A stretch of DNA of 64,000 nucleotides. Origin: Salpingoeca rosetta (lineage: Eukaryota > Protista > Choanoflagellata). Where the stretch lies: NCBI GenBank assembly GCA_033442325.1, contig JAWQFM010000013.1, forward strand, positions 334,069-398,068, given 5' to 3'. Below are positions 55,288-64,000 of the stretch, piece after piece. Every line of letters begins with the position of its first letter. The first letter of the stretch is position 1. Below the pieces are notes generated by a model. It did not search any database and was not told where the DNA came from. It saw nothing but the letters and a program-made list of their open reading frames with translations. The translations under genes were made by a program, and so were the position numbers.

Positions 55288-56627
55288 AGATATGGGTGCA
55301 TGTGAGTAGAGAGGCAACACAGACACATACACACGGGGCGTGGTGCAAGGAGGTTGCATGCATCACCATGCAATTCATAACAGGCACAGACACACACGTT
55401 TGCGCACTTGCATGCAACCATCCCCACGGCCAGTAGCAGCAGACCGACCTCTGTGAACCACTCTGAAATGTGGTGCGGGAGGTGGGAGTTGAAGGTTGCG
55501 TCAAGCTGCATGTCTCCTTTGTTGAGTCTGTACTTGGTCTTGCTCAGATCGCGCCAGCAGATTGCGTCATCGTTTCCGGACAGCACGTCCCCTCCATCCT
55601 CCCTGCACGTGCGCAAAACCAATCAGGAGATGCGAGGGAGGAGGGGTATTGTGCATGCATGAGTGTGTGTATATGTGTGTGTGTGTGTGGGGGGGGGGAA
55701 GGGCGTAGAGGGTGTGTGCATGAGTGCGTGTGTGTGAATGGTTGCATGCATGCGTACCAGTGCACGTGTGTGTGTGAACTTCTAAGCGCAAACACACAGA
55801 GCGTGCACATGCGCAGATGAACGACGATAATAGGAGCACGGCGTCTTGTACATTCTCACCTGCTGAAGTCGACGACCCACGGCAGGATTGGATGGAGATT
55901 CGGATCTCCAGTCCGCCGCCCAGCAAACGCATTCAATTGCATCAGGTAGTCGAAATTGCTCAGCTCGCCAACAGTCCTGTGCGTGCGTGTGTGCATGTGC
56001 ATGCATATGAGTGCGTGCGTGTGCGTGAAAGGGTGTGGCAGGACGAGTCATTACAACTGGGAACAGCCAATCCGCGAGCAATTTGCAATTCGGTTCGCAC
56101 CAACGATACGTCGCCGACGCGAGGGAGGACTTAGCATCCGTTTCGCCACCATCGCCGGGATGATGGTGGTGGTGGTCGTCACTGGGGTGCGATGCAGTCG
56201 TATTGAAGTTGTGGTCATCTGTGGATAGCATGTCATGACGAGTGCACGTATGCGTGCGCATGTGCGTGCGTGCGTGCGTGCGCGCGTGTGAGCAGCAATG
56301 GCACAACATAGGCACACCTTGCACACCAGCAGACGCAGCACAACAGGGCAGCAGAACAAGGCAGCGGGAACGCCCTGTTGCCTTACCTTGTGTGTGGACG
56401 AGAGCTGGACGCAAGGACACGTTGAGGTCCTTATCAACAAAGATGCAGTCCGTGTCGAGTCTGCCGGTTGGTGTAGGTCACAGCAGCGAGGCGTATCGGT
56501 AGTATTAGAGAGCAGACCAATTTCGGGCTCACATTGACGTACACGTGTTGAGGTGAGCACACGTTTGTACACTCCAACGTGCACGCACACACACACACAC
56601 ATACACACACTCCAACGTGCACACATA

Positions 56628-56673
<46 letters not shown>

Positions 56674-58252
56674 GCCAATGGCGACATCGAGTGCGTGTAT
56701 GGCGGCGACGGCTTCCAGGAGCTGTCACACGTGGAGAGACGGTGAAGTCGGGGATGAGAGATATCGAGAGGTTTTGTAGGCGGCACAATATCTCTTACAT
56801 GTGTTGCCACACACAAGCACACACGCACGCATCCACACACACACACGCGCGCACTCTCAGTATCCACGCACACGAAACATGCACGCACACACCACACACA
56901 CCGACACACGAAACATGCACACATGCAGCTCAGACGAGGCAGACAATGAGCGACGCACGGTACACACCTGTTGCGTAATGAAGCACTGCTGGTCTGCACT
57001 GGAGGCGAGATCCGGCGCATGCACTAGCAGTTGCGTCAGCGTGTGGGGCTGGTGCTCATACAGCACAAACACATGTGTGCCTGAAACCAACACAGCAACT
57101 GGCGCGTCCACAAACGGGCAGACGTCTTGCTGCTGTTGCTGCTGTTGCTGTTTGGCTGGATGTATTGAATGGCCGTGTGTGGAGTGTTGCACTTCCGCGT
57201 CGACCACCGCCCCGCCGCCGCTCACCGGTGCAGACAGCGCGTGATCATCGTGATTCACGTGTCCACTTGAATCGGCACCCCTTCTCCCGTCTTCCAAGTA
57301 GAGGATGGGGGTCCTTGGATGCAGCCGAGCAATGCGCTCCAATAATGGTGGCTGCTCCTACACAAGAACGCACGCACACACAGTGTCAGGAGGCAATGCA
57401 TGATGTGTGAGACTGGCGCTGGCCTTTTGGTCACACGCGAGCGCATACATGTACACACGCGTAGATCTCACGTTCAACTCACCCCTTGTTGGTTTGCATT
57501 GCTGTGGTGGTCGGGGTCGAGTGGGCGTGTGCCGCTGCTCTGGGCCAAGCACGTTTGGAAGAGATGCCAGTCCTTTTCTCGCTCCTGCTGGGAGAACGCG
57601 CGAATGTGGTCGCTCCACGTCTCGGCGCGCGGCGTCTTCTCCAACATGCCGGTACTAGCGTGCAGCATGGGAAACGCTGGTGCATCTCTGGCATTACATT
57701 TTCCCGCACGCAGGCAGAGGTGATATGATGTGAATAACACATAACCGAATCAACAGGAGAAACGAAAATGCCACATGGCGTGGGAGTGGAGCGCGCTCAC
57801 TGACATGTGTGTCACGACGAGGTCCATGGGCCGGGTGGAAGGCGGCGCAGGAGCTCGTGCAGTCCAGGAGGACGACAGCGGAAAGGGCTCAAGTGCTGGT
57901 GGCAGGCAAACTCGGGCACCTTCAAGGCAGTCCAACACAGAGGTTGCGGTGAGTCCAGTTCGGGAATGCAAACAACTGATGCCACAACCACAACAACGTT
58001 CCTTCCACCCCACCCTGCACAGTGTCACTGGGTATCAGCTGCTGCAAGTGTCCCCGTTCCTCTCCTTCCCCTCTCGCGCTTACCATGAGCAACAGCATCT
58101 TGCTGCAATTCCCTCAGGGCCGTCACCCACTGCGCATCAAACAGCGCCGTTCCAGACCACAACACGTCCTGCCCCTGCCCACCGCTCGTCTCTGCTGTCA
58201 TCGTCGTTGTTGTTGGCGGGTTGGTTGTAGAGGATTGATCGGAAATATTCAT
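48699..58252 (-). CDS. WDR81: WD repeat-containing protein 81-like (BEACH + WD40)
   Basis: BEACH: LFPVVM(D), [19 protein letters not shown]...[67 protein letters not shown]...[18 protein letters not shown]-terminal WD40 ([12 protein letters not shown]). The start codon is tentative. Confidence 0.88.
54873..54962. repeat. (GAT)n intronic repeat, i.e. (CAT)n before a WDR81 acceptor
   Basis: Direct reading. Confidence 0.93.
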
Positions 58253-58454
58253 AACAATCGGCACCGCTGGCGGTGGTGCAGACACGCCAGAGCAAACGGG
58301 CAGCCAGCAGTGTACAGGACACGCTCAGACACAGACGACCACACGTACAGACAGATAGACAGACAGACAGACAGACACAGACACACACACACACACACTC
58401 ACACATACACACAGACACAGACACAGACATAGACACACACACACTCTCTCAGCC
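58253..58454. promoter_or_regulatory. Probable bidirectional promoter between WDR81 and RTEL1
   Basis: Divergent start codons ~200 bp apart (WDR81 start tentative). Confidence 0.5.
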
Positions 58455-59763
58455 ATGTCCAAGATGCTGAAGATAGGCGGGGTGTGGGTGTCCTTTCCGC
58501 ACAACCCTTACGACTTGCAGACAGCGTACATGAACTCTCTCATCCAAGCCTTGAACGAGGTGATTGTGTGTTGTGTGTTGTGGACGACTTTACATTGCAC
58601 ACAATGTGTGTTGCTTGGTCAATGTTGTCGCGGAACGTCGATGCAGTGCTTGGCTTGTTCACACCAAGATACGCATGTCAACACGCGCACGCACACGCAC
58701 ACATACATCTCCACACGTACTCACATCACACACACATGTGCTCACACTCATGTTCTTGCACATGCTATTGAAGGGGAAGAATGCGATGCTGGAAAGCCCA
58801 ACGGGTACGGGCAAGACGCTGTGCTTACTGTGCGCCAGCCTTGCGTGGCAAGAGCAATTTACAAAGGCCCTCACAGCACAGGCGGAGGAGGATGCAGCCA
58901 AGGCCAAGGCTAAAGCAATGGCAGCGGGACTGGGTGGAGGCCAAGGACCGCATCAAGGTTGGCAAGCGAGTGGCACTGGATATGAGCAGCAGCACCAACA
59001 ACACCAGCCAGGCAATCCCGCACAAGGGTTTACCCCGCAGAAGCCCAAAGCACCCCGAATCATCTACGCCACGCGAACGCATTCGCAGATTGCGCAGACC
59101 ATTGCCGAGCTGAAGCGCACATCGTACAAGCCAAATATCTGCGTTCTTGGCTCCCGCGAGCAACTGTGCATCAACCCCGAGGTCTCCCGCCTCGACACAA
59201 ACGCCGCGAAGACAAGAACGTGCCGCCACAAAGTCGCCAGCCAGTGAGTGTGTGTGTGTGTGTGTGATTGGTGTGTGTGTGTGATTGGTGTGTGTGTGTG
59301 TGTGTCTATGTGTGTGTGTCTTTGTGTGTGTCTGTGTCTGTGTGATTGGTGTGCGTGTGTGTGTGTGTGTGTGTCTGTGTGATTTTCGTGTGTACGTGCG
59401 CGTGTTTGGTTGTGGAGGAGTTCCTTTCTCTTGCGCACCACGGCTTTGCCAATGTTTGGCCCCTAACCTCAACACACACACCTCGGTGCACTTGTGCTTT
59501 GCGTGTGTACCCTGTGGTCTGGTCTGTTCTGTTTGTTTCAGGGAGTGTTCGTATTATTTCCAAGTGCCAAAAGGGAAGAAGGATCTTGCTGATCACGGCA
59601 TCGCAGATATCGAGGTGCGCACGTGTGTGTGTGCGTGAGTGCGCCTGCACGCGTGTTCATGAGGACGTGTGTGTGTATGTTGTATTGTGTGTGATACTGT
59701 TGCGCGATCGTGGGTCCGCGGACCCTGCTGCTTGCTTGATTTGCTTCAATTGCTCAGCCCCTC

Positions 59764-59800
<37 letters not shown>

Positions 59801-60263
59801 CAGGATCTTGTGAAGATTGGGCGGAGCGCGTCGTGCTGTCCGTATTATCTGGCGCGGGACGGGCTGGAGAGTGCACAGCTCGTCTTTGTTCCGTACAACT
59901 ACATCCTCAACTCTCGCACGCGGCGCAATCAGCGCATCGACGTCGAAACTTCAGTGGTGTGGTTGTGTGGTGTGTTTGTTTGAAAGAAGTGATGTGCACA
60001 TGTTCACATACATGCTTGCTTTTTCACGTGTACATTTACACGCACACACACACACACACTCTCTCTCTTCCCCACCTCGCCACCCTCCCCACCACACACA
60101 CACACACACACACACGCGCGCGCGCGCACACACACACACACACACACATTCAGGTGATCCTGGATGAGGCGCACAACATCGAATCCGTGTGCGAGGACGC
60201 GTCGAGTTTTGATCTCTCAACAACAGATCTCGCAGCCTTCAGTAACGAGCTTGCACGGGTCCG

Positions 60264-60310
<47 letters not shown>

Positions 60311-60549
60311 GCTTGTACCTCTTGTATTGCCAGTGCTTTGAATCATATGGCAGTGTGTCACCGCTGTGAAGGGCCCATGTGTCCACACACACTCGCTCAC
60401 ACACCAACCCCACCTGCTGGTCCAGCTGAGCACGGCGGATGCGGAAGTGCTTGGAGAGCTGACGGCGGACGACGCGAAAGCGCTGCACAAACTCGTACTG
60501 CAGATTGAAGAGAAACTCGATGCACTCCCCGTCAAGATCGGAGGTGTGG

Positions 60550-60623
<74 letters not shown>

Positions 60624-62093
60624 GTCGTGGTGGTGGTCGTGGTGGTGGTCGTGGTCGTGGACGTGTGATGAATGTGTGAAGTCTTGCTCCTACCCGCTAG
60701 CACAACACAGCCACGCGCACCTCAACAACTCACTGCACCGTTCTTTTTCTGTGCATGCGCTTGCGTGTGTGTCGGACAGCACCCATGCAGCGGTCTGGAG
60801 ACTTCATCTTCCGCTTCTTTGAAGGGCTGAACATGACGTTTGAGACCGTCCAGGTGATCCTGCCCAAGGTCGAGCAGGCAGCAGACGCCGTGGGAGCACT
60901 CAAAGTACGAACATACACAGAACAGAGGGGGTTGTTGGAGTGATTGGTGGCGTGCAGTTCCGGATACGAATACGCCTGTGCGCATGCACGTGCGTCGCAC
61001 ATGTGTCCACAGTTGCGTCACTCTCTCCTATCGCCTTCACAAACACGATCACCTCCACAGCTATCAACACAACCAGCGTCACCTCCATTAATACCACTAC
61101 CGTCACGCTACAGAGTTCGCGCTGCCACCTGTCCAAGTTTGCGGACATCCTGCGATTGCTGTTTGGCGCGGAGACGAAGGACAACTTGGCCATGATCCGG
61201 CAGTACTATTACGTGAATGTGTCAGAGTCGAAGCGACAGCAGCAGCAGCAGCAGCAGAGCGGGTGGGCGGTTGCTGCGCCCGCCGGGAACCCGCGGACCA
61301 TCAGCTTCTGGTGCTTTACGTCCTCGTTTGCAATGAAGGTGGGGTTGATACGGGAGGGGTGGATTGCGCATCGGAGCAGTATGTGTTTGTACGTGCGTGT
61401 GTACGTGTGTGTAAGTGCGTGTGTGTGTATATGTGTGCGTATGCATGTGTGTGCATGTGTGCATGTGTGTGCGTGTGCATGTGTGCATGTGTGCATGTGT
61501 GTGCGTGTGCATGCGTGCGTATGCATGTGTGTGCGTGTGCGTGTGCGTGGTGCCATGTGCTCACTCCATGCCACATCAACGACCTCCGTCAACACAGAGT
61601 CTGATCCAGGACGGGGTGCGGTCTGTTGTCCTGACGAGTGGAACCCTCTCCCCTCTCGACACATTTGCAGCGGAGCTCATGGTGTGCGCGTGTGTGTGTG
61701 TGTTTGCATGTGTGTGCGTGCGCGTGTGTGCGTGTGTGCACATTCTATTGTGAATGCACATCACTTCCGTGCTTCCCTTGGTTTCTCAACATCACGTGCG
61801 CGTGTGTGCAGGTTGACTTTCCAATTCGTCTCGAGAATCCGCACATCATCTCGAAGAAACAGGTGGGCAACAACATGTGCGCATACATTCGTGCGCGCAT
61901 GTGTTCGTGTCCCCTACTGTTGCACTGTCCGCCTTCTTCTTCACACGCCGGCCACCACCACCACCACCACCATTACCAGGTGTGGGCCGGGGTGCTGACG
62001 TGCGGCCCGCGCGGACACGAACTCAACGCGTCGTACACAACACGCAGCTCCCCAGCGTACCAGGCAGACCTCGGGAACGCAATCGGTATCGGA

Positions 62094-62126
<33 letters not shown>

Positions 62127-62766
62127 AGGTGGTACATCATACGGCTTTGTGTATGCTCGAGCACATGAGCAAAGTGTGCTTTTGTGCACAACTACTGGTG
62201 TGTGTGCGTGTGTGTGTTTCTCATCCTCTGCCTCCTTGAACTGCGACATTGTGTTTCAATGTGCGTGTATTTGTATGTGTGTATGTGTGTTTTTTTTTGT
62301 GTGTGTGTGTGCGCAACAGTCAACTTTGCCCGCGTTGTTCCCAAAGGCCTTCTCGTCTTCTTTCCCTCATACGGTTTCATGCGCCAATGCATCGAGGTGA
62401 GCACGATGGGATGGATGGATGGCTGGCTGTTTGTGTTATTGGATGGCTGTTTGTTGTATTGGATGGTTGGATGCGGGTGCTGTCTTGTCGACGTGAATGC
62501 GTGCGTGTCATTTATGTGTGTGTGTGTTTGACTGACTGCGTGTTGCTGTATGTTTGACCCGACTGTTACCCACGCATCCCCACTTGCCCGTCTGTGCGCC
62601 GCACCATCACCGCCACTGCCACGAACACTGATATCACGGCCACCATTCATGTCGTTACTGTCACGATCATCATCGCCGTCGCCGTCAGGGGTGGCAGCAG
62701 AGCAGCGGTCGCTCAATATGGGATCAGATTGCAGAGTACAAAGTATGGCAGTCGCTCCTACACTGA

Positions 62767-62854
<88 letters not shown>

Positions 62855-63259
62855 TTGTGTTTTTTAGCTGACATTTGTGGCGTATCGCACGCACTTGTTG
62901 CTTGTGGCAAGATGATCATCACAAGCCAATCACGCCCGTTGTTGCTCACACCCATGCGCATCTGCGCCGACACCAGAAACCGGTGGTTGAACCACAGAAC
63001 AAACACGAGTTCGTTGCTGCCATGGAGGTGTTTTATCAGCAGTTGAAGGAGCCGGACGCCGGTTCCGTTTTCTTCGCCGTCTGTCGCGGCAAGGTGCGCG
63101 AGAAACAGGACGAAGGCGGGAGGGGGGTCAAGGAGTTGTGTTGCGGTGATTGCGTGTGTGCGTGTGTGTGTGCGACTGCATGCACCGATGGGCGACATTG
63201 TCGTGGGACGACCGAATCCCTCTCTTTGTGATGGCTCATCTGGCCGCAATTGTACACCA

Positions 63260-63299
<40 letters not shown>

Positions 63300-64000
63300 A
63301 CACCACGATACACACACACACACCACGATACACACCACGATACACTCCCCCACCCCAACCCCCTTCCCCTTCCCTTCCTCCCCCTACCCCAAATTCTTAT
63401 GCACCAGGTGAGCGAGGGTCTCGACTTTGCGGACGAGAACGGGCGGGCAGTTATCATCACGGGTCTGCCGTATCCAGCAGCCATGGACCCACGCGTGCTG
63501 CTGAAGAAGAAGTTTCTGGATCGCATGAAGGCGCAGGGCACAATGCGCCTCTCGGGCCAGCACTGGTACTCCACGCAGGCAACGCGCGCCGTGAACCAGG
63601 CCATCGGACGCGTCATCCGGCACAGGAAGGACTACGGCGCCATTATTTTGGCAGACACGCGTTTTAAGCGCACGCGGAATCAGCTGCCGGCCTGGCTGCG
63701 CGCGCACGTGCAGGAGTTTAGGGATTTCGGAGAGGCGCAGCGAAGCGTCCGCACGTTCTTCAACAACGTGCCCGTGTTCCGCGATGAAGACCCGTCGACT
63801 TCTTCATCGGCATCAGCAGAGGGTGGCGTGATGGGCGGTGCGGCAGCGGCTGCAATGAGCGGAGCGGTGGGAAGTGATCTGTCAGCACCAACAGCGACAA
63901 CAACAACAACGCGTGTGCGACTCAGGAAAAGCGCCATTCCTTCTCGTGGTGGGACAGCAGGAATTTGTGCGGGTGTGCGTGTGCATGTGCGTGTGCACGT
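58455..64000 (+). CDS. RTEL1: Regulator of telomere elongation helicase 1 (XPD-family Fe-S helicase), 3'-partial
   Basis: [15 protein letters not shown], Walker [26 protein letters not shown]...[21 protein letters not shown], Fe-S cysteines (TCRHKV, ECSYY, CCPYY), [58 protein letters not shown]. Confidence 0.93.
60550..60622. repeat. (GAT)n intronic repeat after an RTEL1 donor
   Basis: Direct reading. Confidence 0.93.

Overview
Eukaryotic, intron-rich, gene-dense genomic DNA with (CA)/(TG) microsatellites in most introns. It is most consistent with a choanoflagellate such as Salpingoeca rosetta (inferred from sequence style and gene content, not proven). In order, the window holds: a giant intronless secreted/surface protein (>3,400 aa, minus strand, running off the left edge) built from ~130-aa Ig-like repeats and broken by two compensating frameshifts; V-ATPase subunit C; NDUFB9; TRAPPC8; a fused glutamyl-prolyl-tRNA synthetase (EPRS) with three WHEP-type repeats; a U2 snRNA gene absent from the ORF track, with a strongly rewired 5' domain and an atypical Sm site; a possible small two-helix membrane protein; an arylsulfatase with a C-terminal ricin-B-like module; a protein with two tandem calponin-homology domains; WDR81; and RTEL1 (running off the right edge). 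There are two 100-N assembly gaps. The most interesting signal is the divergent U2 snRNA, which sits among introns whose 3' ends carry CA/UG repeats instead of polypyrimidine tracts. Exon coordinates were read by eye and may be off by a few bases.
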